DNA of 64,000 nucleotides. Origin: Candidatus Aenigmatarchaeota archaeon (GTDB taxonomy: Archaea > Aenigmatarchaeota > Aenigmatarchaeia > QMZP01). The stretch covers positions 153 through 64,152 of the forward strand of contig JACQII010000001.1 of assembly GCA_016198585.1 (NCBI GenBank), in the 5' to 3' direction. Made by a program: the position numbers and the translations under genes. The notes beneath the pieces are model-generated. The model was not told where the DNA came from. It did no database searches and was given only the letters and a program-made list of their open reading frames with translations. Every line of letters starts with the position of its first letter. The stretch's first letter is position 1. Positions 46,679 to 55,101 of the stretch are shown here, one piece after another.

Positions 46679-47515
46679 ATGCCAGAGGACGCCGTCCTGT
46701 ACACGAACGAGAGGCTTGTGGCGGCGGCTGCAGCAAACCCTTCGTTCTTGCAGTTGAAATCCCCCCGGGATCCGCTCGTGTTGGACGCGATGAGGAGGGT
46801 CGACAGGCGAGACTTCTTGAGCGATGAGATGTTCCCGCTCCATGATCCCTCAGATGAGACGATGGATGCGATACGTGTCGCGAGGGAGAAGCTTGTGGGG
46901 AGAATGCCCCGCCTGCCAGAGGAGGACAATAGAAAGCTTATGTTCATTGCCGCGAACGCCGCGTTCTCCCTGATGGGAAGCCTGGAGACATTCAATGTCT
47001 CGCCTCGCGCTCTCGCATACAATGACATAACGCTCCCTATTGGGTATGATCAGCGATGCTCAAAGCCGTCTCTCGTTGCCTTCATGAACGACATCCTCGA
47101 TCTCCACGACGGCCATACCGTGCTGGAAATCGGGGCTGGATGCGGATACCACGCTGCGGTTACGCGCGAACTGATCGGTGCCAGCGGCAGGCTCACAACG
47201 GTAGAGATCGTACCAGAGCTTGCGAAAAAGGCGGCCGGGAACCTGAAAGGATACAGAAACCTGGACGTGGTAGAGGGAAGCGGATCTTCGGGCTATGCGA
47301 AAGCCGCGCCGTATGACCGGATCTATCTCACAGCCGGGGTTAAAATATATGGGTTTGATGAAAGGGTTTTTCTGGACCAGATGAACACGGATGATGGGGC
47401 CTTCCTATATCCCGATCCGACGGCGTTCAATCTTGCGAGATACGAAAAAGGGACACTCAGAAGGAAGCGCCTTCAGATCGGGCTCAGCTTCGTGCCGCTC
47501 GTTGATGCTCGGTGA
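46679..47515 (+). CDS. Protein-L-isoaspartate O-methyltransferase-like, with insertion
   Basis: AYNDITLPIGYDQ, VLEIGAGCGYHAA, APYDRI motifs. Confidence 0.8.
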   Translation: MPEDAVLYTNERLVAAAAANPSFLQLKSPRDPLVLDAMRRVDRRDFLSDEMFPLHDPSDETMDAIRVAREKLVGRMPRLPEEDNRKLMFIAANAAFSLMGSLETFNVSPRALAYNDITLPIGYDQRCSKPSLVAFMNDILDLHDGHTVLEIGAGCGYHAAVTRELIGASGRLTTVEIVPELAKKAAGNLKGYRNLDVVEGSGSSGYAKAAPYDRIYLTAGVKIYGFDERVFLDQMNTDDGAFLYPDPTAFNLARYEKGTLRRKRLQIGLSFVPLVDAR

Positions 47516-47525
47516 AATGTCCTCA

Positions 47526-48563
47526 TCACACCTGCGGCAACGCCTTCAGGAGCCGCGCGCGGAACGTCTCCCAGTCCGTCACGAACGCTGCCGCCGCGCG
47601 CTCATGGCCGCCGCCGCGGCCGATGCCCTGGGAGGCCTCCCGGGCGAGGTCGCCGAGGTTGACGCGGCCGGACTGGTTGCGGAGCGAGACCTTCGTCCCG
47701 GCCGCCTCTTTCCGCGTGACCACCAGGATGAGGTCGGGATGCGTGGTTGAGATCAGGGTCGAGACCGTGGAGCCGATCGGGAGAGCGGTCTTCAGCTCCA
47801 GGATCGAGAGCTTCTTGGCCGGGTGGTGCTCGCGTTCCTGCTCGAACGACGCCACGACTTTCTCGACCTCCCGGTCGACGAGGCGTTTCCACTTCTGAAG
47901 CTCAGGATCTTTGGAGAACGAGGCGAAACTCGCGGCCTTCACCAGGCTGCGGTAGGCCTTCCGCGCCCCGCGCTCACCCGCCGCGATGATCGCGGAATTG
48001 ATGAGCTTGCTGCCTTCCGCGAGCGGGCCGGCAAACGGCTCCGCGCCGACCAGCGTCTTGGGGAGCAGGTCGAGCACGTCCTTGCCCTCGCGGAACGCGT
48101 AGTCGCCGATGATGCCGACACCGGCGATCCAAGCGTGCTTCTGGACAGGCTTGCCCATGGCATGGAGGAGGTGGAAAACTACATAGGAGGCGGACAGGTA
48201 GGCGCTCTTCTTCTCGAGGCGCGGGTTGATGTAAAGCGTCCGCGCCGATGCGAGGTCGTGGTCGAAAAGGTGGTGGTCGATCACCGCGATCGGCGCGGCC
48301 TTCTCGAGCTCACGGATCTTCTGGGCTTCCTGGTCGATCGCCAGGTCGAGGAAGACGATCGTGTCCGGGTGGGCGGCCGCGATGGCGCGCATCGCTTCTT
48401 GGTCGAGGCTCGGCGAGGTCAGGGAGAGGCACTCGAGCGGGAAGAACTTCGCGAGCAATGCGGCCGAGGTCGTGCCGTCGGTGTCGCGGTGGTAGACGGC
48501 GAGGACCCGTTCCCGGCGCAGCAACTTGGCAAGGGCCGCGGCCTGGCTAGTGAAGGCGTGCAT
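47526..48563 (-). CDS. DHH/DHHA1 family phosphoesterase (RecJ/GAN-like)
   Basis: HRDTDG, LD, IDHH and GGGHERAA motifs. Confidence 0.9.
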   Translation of the reverse strand: MHAFTSQAAALAKLLRRERVLAVYHRDTDGTTSAALLAKFFPLECLSLTSPSLDQEAMRAIAAAHPDTIVFLDLAIDQEAQKIRELEKAAPIAVIDHHLFDHDLASARTLYINPRLEKKSAYLSASYVVFHLLHAMGKPVQKHAWIAGVGIIGDYAFREGKDVLDLLPKTLVGAEPFAGPLAEGSKLINSAIIAAGERGARKAYRSLVKAASFASFSKDPELQKWKRLVDREVEKVVASFEQEREHHPAKKLSILELKTALPIGSTVSTLISTTHPDLILVVTRKEAAGTKVSLRNQSGRVNLGDLAREASQGIGRGGGHERAAAAFVTDWETFRARLLKALPQV

Positions 48564-48599
48564 GGAGATTGTTGTGCACGCTCCTTAAAAGCGCCGCCA

Positions 48600-49049
48600 T
48601 CAGCGCATGAACGACCGTTTGCAGTAGACACATTCCAGCGACAACGGTTGCCGCTGCTGCACGCGGAACGTGGGTGGCGCTTCCTCGTGGGTGATGCAGT
48701 TCGCATTCGGGCACTCGATGAGCCTGCTGGTCACGAGCGGCGCTAGGCATTCCCAGGCCTTTTTCTTCCGGAGCACTTGGCCATGGTCGATCCAGCTCAC
48801 CGTCGCCTCTGGCGAGAGCAGCGCAATCTCGTTCATCGCGCCTGTCCCTTCCGCGAGGTGCAGGCCGTCGAGTTTCGCGACGTCCTTCCGGCCTTTGGAC
48901 TTGCTCGGAAAGCTGCCCACCATGATCGGGTAAAAGCCGTCGATCCACGCATACTTGCTGAGAACGTCAAAGACCCGGCCGCCGGTGGCGAAGGTCAGGT
49001 GGTCGAAAACCATGCCGTGCTCGATGAGCTCGATCTTCCTATTGTCCAT
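48600..49049 (-). CDS. pyrI: Aspartate carbamoyltransferase regulatory subunit
   Basis: GMVFDH, SKSKGRKD, CPNANCIT...CVYC. Confidence 0.92.
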   Translation of the reverse strand: MDNRKIELIEHGMVFDHLTFATGGRVFDVLSKYAWIDGFYPIMVGSFPSKSKGRKDVAKLDGLHLAEGTGAMNEIALLSPEATVSWIDHGQVLRKKKAWECLAPLVTSRLIECPNANCITHEEAPPTFRVQQRQPLSLECVYCKRSFMR

Positions 49050-49998
49050 GGGCACCTCCGAGCGTCAGGAGCAGCATGGCCTGGCGGACCGGGATGCCGT
49101 TCCCGGCCTGGTGGTTCCAGTAGGCCACGGGCAGGGAATCGACGTCGCGGGCAATGCATGGAAAATCCTTGTCCATAGGCAGGGGATGCATGACGACCAG
49201 GTCTTTCTTGGCCGGTAGGAGCGAGGCGCGGAGCACGACGGATCCGCGCACGTGCTTAAGCGTCTCCCTTCCCTCGGCAGTCTGGGGGAACCGCTCTTCC
49301 TGTGTGCGGGACCCGTAGGCCACATGAGACGCGGCCAGGAAACGGGGGAAGTCCGCAGGATCGAACGATTCCTCCCACGTGCAGCTGCGCGCGTCCAGCA
49401 GGGACTTGAACTGCTCGGGCAGGCCAACCGCCGGGTGGGAAAGGAAGAAGAACCGGTTTCCGGGATAGAGGGAGAGGTGGGCGAGGATGCGGGTCGCCCG
49501 GCCGAACTTCAGGTCGTTGAAGAAGAGGAAGATCAGGTGGTCGAGCCTGCCGAAGCGCTCGTGGATGGTGAAGAGATCGAGCAGGTTCTGGGTCGGATGC
49601 TCATTGTAGCCGTCGCCGCCGTTGATCACCGGCAGGTCAGTCACCTCTGCGGCGTATGCAGCAGCGCCGTCGCGTGGGTGCCGGATGACGATGCCGTCCG
49701 ACCCGTACTCCTTCGCCATCGCCAGCGTGGACGCGACACTTTCGCGCTTCTCGAGCGACGTTCCTTTCGGTTCCCGGAATTCCATGGACACGCCGCCGCC
49801 CAGCCGGGTCATGGCGTTCCTGAAGGACGTGTACGTGCGGGTGCTGGGTTCGAAAAAGAGCAAGGCAAGATAGCGGTTGCGCATATGCTGCTGATACGCG
49901 CCTGGCGACGCTTTCACCGTACGAGCAAGATCGAGCAGGTGGGTCACGTCCGCGGGAGAGAAGTCGGCAATCGAGAGGATGCTCCGCGGCCAGCTCAT
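49039..49998 (-). CDS. pyrB: Aspartate carbamoyltransferase catalytic subunit
   Basis: FFEPSTRT, HPTQ, HPLP motifs. Confidence 0.95.
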   Translation of the reverse strand: MSWPRSILSIADFSPADVTHLLDLARTVKASPGAYQQHMRNRYLALLFFEPSTRTYTSFRNAMTRLGGGVSMEFREPKGTSLEKRESVASTLAMAKEYGSDGIVIRHPRDGAAAYAAEVTDLPVINGGDGYNEHPTQNLLDLFTIHERFGRLDHLIFLFFNDLKFGRATRILAHLSLYPGNRFFFLSHPAVGLPEQFKSLLDARSCTWEESFDPADFPRFLAASHVAYGSRTQEERFPQTAEGRETLKHVRGSVVLRASLLPAKKDLVVMHPLPMDKDFPCIARDVDSLPVAYWNHQAGNGIPVRQAMLLLTLGGAHGQ

Positions 49999-50085
49999 GG
50001 GAAGGTATATGCCGCATGTTTTAAAAAGACGGCCCGCTCTCTCCCGCTTGGGCAAGGCTATTTAAGCGGGTGGAGAAGCATACTC

Positions 50086-50697
50086 ATGTTCGCGGGAATT
50101 GTCTCCTCGGGGAAGGTGGTAGCCGCCGAGAGGCGTCGCGGACTCCGCCTCGCCGTCGACTTAGGACCCCAGGCCCGGCACGTGCAGGTCGGCGACTCGG
50201 TCGCCGTCAACGGGATCTGCCTGACCGCGATCAAGCGGCGCGGGAAGGACGTCGCGTTCGAAGTCATGCCCGAGACCCTCAGCCGGACGACCGTCGGCTC
50301 GGCAAAGCGGGGGGACCGGGTGAACGTGGAGCTTTCCCTCCGGCTCGCGGACCGCATCGGCGGCCACCTCGTCATGGGCCACATCGACGGCGTGGGGACT
50401 GTCCAGCGCATCGAGCGGGACGGGAAATATCTCAAACTCTGGATCGCCGCTCCTCGCAGCCTGACGAGTCTCATGGTGGCCAAAGGAGCGGTCGCCCTCG
50501 ACGGTGTCAGCATGACCGTGGTGGATGTTCTCCCGAGGTCGTTCTCCGTCTGCCTGATCCCGGCGACGCGCACCATCACCACCCTCGGCCAGAAGCAGGT
50601 GGGCGATCAGGTGAACATCGAGGCCGACCTGATGGGCAAGTACGTCCAGGCCGCCCTCGCCGCGGCTGCGCCCCGCCGCGCGCCTAAAAGAGCTTGA
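50086..50697 (+). CDS. Riboflavin synthase, bacterial alpha-chain type
   Basis: MFAGIV start, GDSVAVNGICLT, GGHLVMGHIDG, VNIEAD. Confidence 0.93.
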   Translation: MFAGIVSSGKVVAAERRRGLRLAVDLGPQARHVQVGDSVAVNGICLTAIKRRGKDVAFEVMPETLSRTTVGSAKRGDRVNVELSLRLADRIGGHLVMGHIDGVGTVQRIERDGKYLKLWIAAPRSLTSLMVAKGAVALDGVSMTVVDVLPRSFSVCLIPATRTITTLGQKQVGDQVNIEADLMGKYVQAALAAAAPRRAPKRA

Positions 50698-51397
50698 AGC
50701 CGCCAGGCTTGATGCCGTCCTGGGTGATCACGAACTTGACCGAACCGCCCTCGGGCAGCGAGCGGTGCTTGATGATCGTGGCCTTGCGCTCTCCCTGCCG
50801 GCCTGTCTTCTCGAGCAGGATGACGGTCTTCGACCAGTAGCGGACTGCGTCGCCGCCGACCATCTCTGGGTTGCCCGTGTCCCAGTGGCGGAAAGTGTGG
50901 TTGGTGACCAGGACAGGGACCTTGTGCTGGCGGGCAAAGAGCGACAGGACGGAGAGCTGCTTGGACAGCTCGCGGTTGGCTTCGAGGACGCCGTTCGAGG
51001 CGAACCGGTGGTGGTTGTCCGGGGAGGGCTTGGCGTCGCCAGAGAACTCGAGCCGGTACAGGGATGAGAGAGAATCTACCACCACGAGGTCAGTCTTCTT
51101 GAGCTCGCGGAGGATCGTTCCTTGCTCGCGGAAATCCTTGGGCTCGAGGAGGTTGATGCGCGGGAGCAGTCCCCGGTAGTCGGGTTTCAGCTGTTCCAGC
51201 CGGTCGAAGGAGAACCCGCCCTCGGTGTCGATATACGTGACCGTTCCCCCGGACTCCACGCAATGCAGCATCGCGAGCAGGCAGAGGTTAGTCTTGCCGG
51301 CCCCCGGTTCGCCGAAGAGGTTCGTCACCGCGCCGGCCTCGATCTCCCGCATGAACGTGGGGAACGGGTCGGGGAAGAATACCTGCCTTCCGCCCAT
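50684..51397 (-). CDS. radB: RadB-like recombinase paralog
   Basis: GEPGAGKTN, YIDTEGG, VVDS, KHRS motifs. Confidence 0.9.
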   Translation of the reverse strand: MGGRQVFFPDPFPTFMREIEAGAVTNLFGEPGAGKTNLCLLAMLHCVESGGTVTYIDTEGGFSFDRLEQLKPDYRGLLPRINLLEPKDFREQGTILRELKKTDLVVVDSLSSLYRLEFSGDAKPSPDNHHRFASNGVLEANRELSKQLSVLSLFARQHKVPVLVTNHTFRHWDTGNPEMVGGDAVRYWSKTVILLEKTGRQGERKATIIKHRSLPEGGSVKFVITQDGIKPGGFKLF

Positions 51398-51597
51398 GAG
51401 CACTCTTCCCTGCCGGATTTAAATTGCCCACGCCGGCGGGCAGTGCGCCGTTTTCCGTACGCCTGCTTTATAAATTCCGGCGATGAATCAGGTGCATGGA
51501 CTCCCGACCAGCGAGAAACGCAGCTGTTTCTGGTAGGGGACTCTCCTTTTCGTATTTCTGGTAGTGCTGCGTTCGTACACCGAGCCACAGGTTTCGT

Positions 51598-51894
51598 ATG
51601 GACGACCTCTCATGCTCCCTGGTGAAAGAAGATAGTCTTGTACTGGCTCTGGCGCGAGTCGTGCGGGACACGTTGACCGATAAACAGCTCCGCATACTCA
51701 CCGTGCTGCAAAAAGAACCAGCGACGGCCTCGTCGCTGGTTCGCCGCCTGTCCATCGAGCTCGCCTGCTCTCGGTCGTCGCTGTGGGCGAGTCTGGGGGG
51801 ATTGCGCGAGGCGGGGATGATCGAGGGAAATCGCGGTGATGTTCTCTCGTTGACCGCGCTCGGCAAGATCATTCTGGAGGTGCAGCATGCCTGA
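51598..51894 (+). CDS. Small winged-helix protein
   Basis: LTDKQLRIL...SRSSLW...LREAGMI...LTALGK wHTH pattern. Confidence 0.7.
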   Translation: MDDLSCSLVKEDSLVLALARVVRDTLTDKQLRILTVLQKEPATASSLVRRLSIELACSRSSLWASLGGLREAGMIEGNRGDVLSLTALGKIILEVQHA

Positions 51895-52195
51895 ACTACC
51901 TGGACTGCCCCACATAAGGGAATTCAGCGAGAAGCTCCTGATGGTATATTTCGAGGATGCTGTCCGAGAGCTGGAAGGCCTCTACCGCCACGGAACGGCA
52001 GCAGAAGTGACCGACGCGGTGAGTGCCGAGTGGGGACGCTGCCTTGGAAGGATTGCCCTTGCTGAGCCGCGACTGAGTTCGTTGGTCTACCAACCATTGG
52101 CCTGGGAGATGCAGGGGAAAGGCATCCTCGCGGAACGGGAAAGGGAGTATGCGGATGCGCTCGTGCAGGAGGCGCAGCGGCGCTACAAGTCTTAA
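51887..52195 (+). CDS. Hypothetical protein
   Basis: SD GGAGGTG; overlaps the upstream wHTH gene. Confidence 0.6.
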   Translation: MPELPGLPHIREFSEKLLMVYFEDAVRELEGLYRHGTAAEVTDAVSAEWGRCLGRIALAEPRLSSLVYQPLAWEMQGKGILAEREREYADALVQEAQRRYKS

Positions 52196-52220
52196 GAAGG
52201 CGGGAGGTCATTAAAGGTAT

Positions 52221-53315
52221 ATGGACATTGAGTCGCGCCTCGCGCTGGTCCGGGGCGTCGCCGAGGAGATCATCACCGACCCTGAGCTGCGGACGTTGCT
52301 CGAACAGAACGCCCATCCGACCGCGTACGACGGCTTCGAGCCCAGTGGGCTCGCGCACTTGCCCTTCGGTCTCTACCGGCCGCTGCTGCTGAATGACCTG
52401 CTGAAGGCAGGGGTCCGCTTCACGCTCCTGCTCGCCGACTGGCACGGCTGGATCAACAACAAGATGGGCGGCGACCTGGACGCCATCCGGCGGGTCGGGG
52501 ACTACTTCCTGGAAGTCTGGAGTGCTGCGGGCGTCGACCTGGACAAGGTCAAGGCGGTCTGGGCTAGTGATCTGGTCGACTCCTCGGACTACTGGAAGCG
52601 CGTGGTCACCGTCGCCAAGCACACCACGGTCCAGCGCGCCACGCGCTGCCTCAGCATCATGGGCCGGAAGGAAGGCGAGCTCCTGGAGAGCGCCCAGTAC
52701 TTCTACCCGGCCATGCAGGTCGCGGACATCTTCGAGCTCGGCGTCGACATCTGCCAGCTCGGCCTCGACCAGCGCCGGGCGAACATCCTCTCGCGGGAGA
52801 TCGCCGACAAGCTCAAGTGGAAGAAGCCCGTCCTCGTCCACCACCACATGCTCGCCGGCCTCCAGGGTCAGGTCGAGCTGGACCAGGCCCAGACCTACGA
52901 CGAGCAGCGGGACCGAGACGTGAAGATCGCCTCGAAGATGAGCAAGTCCAAGCCCGCGAGCGCGATCTTCGTGCACGATTCCCCTGAGCAGATCAGGAAG
53001 AAACTCCACGAGGCCTTCTGCGAGACCAAGAACGTCGGGAACAACCCCGTCCTCGACTACTGCAAGGAGATCATCTTCCGCGCGCAGAAGGAGTTCAAGA
53101 TCGAGCGGGACCGCAAGTTCGGCGGCGACCTCTTCTTCTACAGCTACGAGGACCTGGAAGAGGCTTTCCTCAAGGGACTCCATCCCCTGGACCTCAAGAA
53201 CGCGACTGCTGCTGCTCTCGACCACCTGATCGCGCCGGTGCGCACGCATTTCGAGAAGAACAAGAAGGCCAAGGACCTGCTCCAGTTCGTGCGAGGCCAG
53301 GACGTGACGCGGTAA
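52221..53315 (+). CDS. tyrS: Tyrosyl-tRNA synthetase (archaeal)
   Basis: YDGFEPSG, YPAMQVAD, KMSKS, LHPLDLK motifs. Confidence 0.96.
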   Translation: MDIESRLALVRGVAEEIITDPELRTLLEQNAHPTAYDGFEPSGLAHLPFGLYRPLLLNDLLKAGVRFTLLLADWHGWINNKMGGDLDAIRRVGDYFLEVWSAAGVDLDKVKAVWASDLVDSSDYWKRVVTVAKHTTVQRATRCLSIMGRKEGELLESAQYFYPAMQVADIFELGVDICQLGLDQRRANILSREIADKLKWKKPVLVHHHMLAGLQGQVELDQAQTYDEQRDRDVKIASKMSKSKPASAIFVHDSPEQIRKKLHEAFCETKNVGNNPVLDYCKEIIFRAQKEFKIERDRKFGGDLFFYSYEDLEEAFLKGLHPLDLKNATAAALDHLIAPVRTHFEKNKKAKDLLQFVRGQDVTR

Positions 53316-53326
53316 GAAGAGAGCCG

Positions 53327-53734
53327 TCACTTCCGCAGCTCGCGGATCATCTGCACGCAGGCCTCGACGATGTCGCCTGCGCGCGGAATCCTGGCCACGG
53401 CCTGGTCATAGGTCTGCCGCGGGCCGGTGATGCCGAGGGCGACGGGCTTGCCGTACTCGAGCGCGAGCGCGGCGAGCTTCTCGGCGGCGACGAAGGCGAT
53501 CACCTGGTCGTGGTCCGTCTCCCCCGTGACGAGGGTTCCGAGCGTCGCGACGCCGTCCACGCCAGCGTCGAGGAGCTTCTTCACGAAGAGCGGGATGTCG
53601 AAGCTGCCCGGGCAGCGGTAGACCTGCGCCACCTCAACATCGAGCTTCTCAGCGCGCTCGAGGGCCTCCTCCAGCATCTTCTCCATGACCTCTTCATGGA
53701 ACGTGGCCGCGACGATTCCGATCGTGATGGTCAT
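53327..53734 (-). CDS. ribH: 6,7-dimethyl-8-ribityllumazine synthase
   Basis: PGSFDIP, GETDHD, KPVALGITGP motifs. Confidence 0.93.
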   Translation of the reverse strand: MTITIGIVAATFHEEVMEKMLEEALERAEKLDVEVAQVYRCPGSFDIPLFVKKLLDAGVDGVATLGTLVTGETDHDQVIAFVAAEKLAALALEYGKPVALGITGPRQTYDQAVARIPRAGDIVEACVQMIRELRK

Positions 53735-54069
53735 ACGCTCACCATGACCTGGTCGCCGTCCCGCAAGTCCAGGGTCTCTCTCAGGTTGACCGGAGCGAGG
53801 ATCTCCAGGATCTGCTTCCCATGGGCAGTTTTCCGCGGCCGCACGACAGCGCCATCGACGCGGCGGTTCACCTTGGCCAGCCTGCAGTCCACCGGATGCA
53901 GCCCTGGAGGCGCGGGAATCGTGATCGGGAAGGAGAGGTCAGGCGCCAGAGCGACGTGGAGGTTGAGCGTCCCGGGATAGGGCGCGAAGCCGAGCGGCCG
54001 CCAGTCGTATTTCCGCACGTACGCGGCCCCTTCGCCGAGCCCCTGCACCACGGTTCCCGTGAGGTCCAT
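53731..54069 (-). CDS. ribK: CTP-dependent riboflavin kinase (no HTH)
   Basis: GLGEGAAY, PYPGTLN, LEILAPVNLR motifs. Confidence 0.9.
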   Translation of the reverse strand: MDLTGTVVQGLGEGAAYVRKYDWRPLGFAPYPGTLNLHVALAPDLSFPITIPAPPGLHPVDCRLAKVNRRVDGAVVRPRKTAHGKQILEILAPVNLRETLDLRDGDQVMVSV

Positions 54070-54138
54070 ACCACCCCCTTCGGCTGCGGCTTTATATGGC
54101 TGCTCTCCTGGGGAGGACCGAAAGCTTTATAAGTATAG

Positions 54139-54161
54139 TTGTTACTATTTGATAGTAACAA
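54139..54161. promoter_or_regulatory. Perfect 10-3-10 palindrome, candidate operator
   Basis: TTGTTACTAT-TTG-ATAGTAACAA lies between a TTTATAAG box and an AGGAGG SD. Confidence 0.6.
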
Positions 54162-54169
54162 GGAGGACT

Positions 54170-54379
54170 ATGAGCCAGACCACATACCCGACCGGCGACG
54201 AGGCGCAGGACCAGACCCCCTACCGACCGTCCGAACTCGCCCGCCAGGCAGACCAGCTCCTGCGTGCCGCAGGGCTCGATATCTTCGGGCGGCAGCGGAG
54301 CGAAGACGGCTACCTACAAGCCCGCTTCGAGTACGGCATGCCTCGAAACGGGTTCCGCGGTGCTTCGCGGCGTGCGTAG
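54170..54379 (+). CDS. Small hypothetical protein (69 aa)
   Basis: TATA box plus SD AGGAGG before ATG (MSQTTYP...). Confidence 0.6.
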   Translation: MSQTTYPTGDEAQDQTPYRPSELARQADQLLRAAGLDIFGRQRSEDGYLQARFEYGMPRNGFRGASRRA

Positions 54380-54388
54380 AACCGGGAG

Positions 54389-54943
54389 TTACGCGACGGT
54401 CGGCTTCCAGGAGGTCCAGAGCGTGGCCTCCTGGGCGTTTCCGGCCTTGCGGACCCAGTAGCCGGAAAGGGTCAGGGCGAAGCTCTCCACAGACGACGTC
54501 GCCACGGTGAGCCCGATCTTGCGGGCGAGGGGCCGGACCCGGATGCCAGGTCTCCGAGCTCCTTGGTCGCGCTTCTTGACCGACACCACCAGCTCCAGCC
54601 AGGCGTCCAGGGCATGGTCGTCGAGCTTCTCGCGGATGAACTTGAGGTCGGAGCGGCTGAGCCGGTTGGGGCCGTCGGGGTGGCTGTGGAAGCCGCCCAC
54701 CAGGTTCAGCGGTTTGAGCAGGCCATCGACGCGCCCGACCGCAGACAGGTTCCCATGCACGACGGAGGAGGGCTTCTTGATGTCCGACTGCATGGGGTAG
54801 GCCGAGAGGATCCGGAGCCTGCTCGCCCGGTGGCCGTTGGCGCCGATCAAGTACCCAGAGACTTCCTTGTGGTACTCTTCCAGTGCGGCAGGAACCAGCG
54901 CGGTCAGCAGGCACCGCGGGTCAATGTAGACGTTCGCGCGCAT
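54389..54943 (-). CDS. JAB/MPN (JAMM) metalloprotease domain protein
   Basis: EVSGYLIG and FHSHP...SRSD JAMM motif. Confidence 0.8.
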   Translation of the reverse strand: MRANVYIDPRCLLTALVPAALEEYHKEVSGYLIGANGHRASRLRILSAYPMQSDIKKPSSVVHGNLSAVGRVDGLLKPLNLVGGFHSHPDGPNRLSRSDLKFIREKLDDHALDAWLELVVSVKKRDQGARRPGIRVRPLARKIGLTVATSSVESFALTLSGYWVRKAGNAQEATLWTSWKPTVA

Positions 54944-55101
54944 GGGGATCAGCTATCTCTCCCAGCGCGGATTTATAAAGGTTCTCTTCGAGACTCCAAT
55001 AGATGTTTTAGAACAGAGCTATTGGAGAAGAGAGATGTATATAACGGTGTTATACATCTTCCCAGCGGCAACCTTATCTACCTTCCGTGCGAAAAGAAGG
55101 T

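Noticed and set aside
51562-51564. Pyrrolysine recoding of the in-frame TAG
   Set aside because: No pyl genes in the window, many normal genes end in TAG, and the extension does not look like a folded domain.
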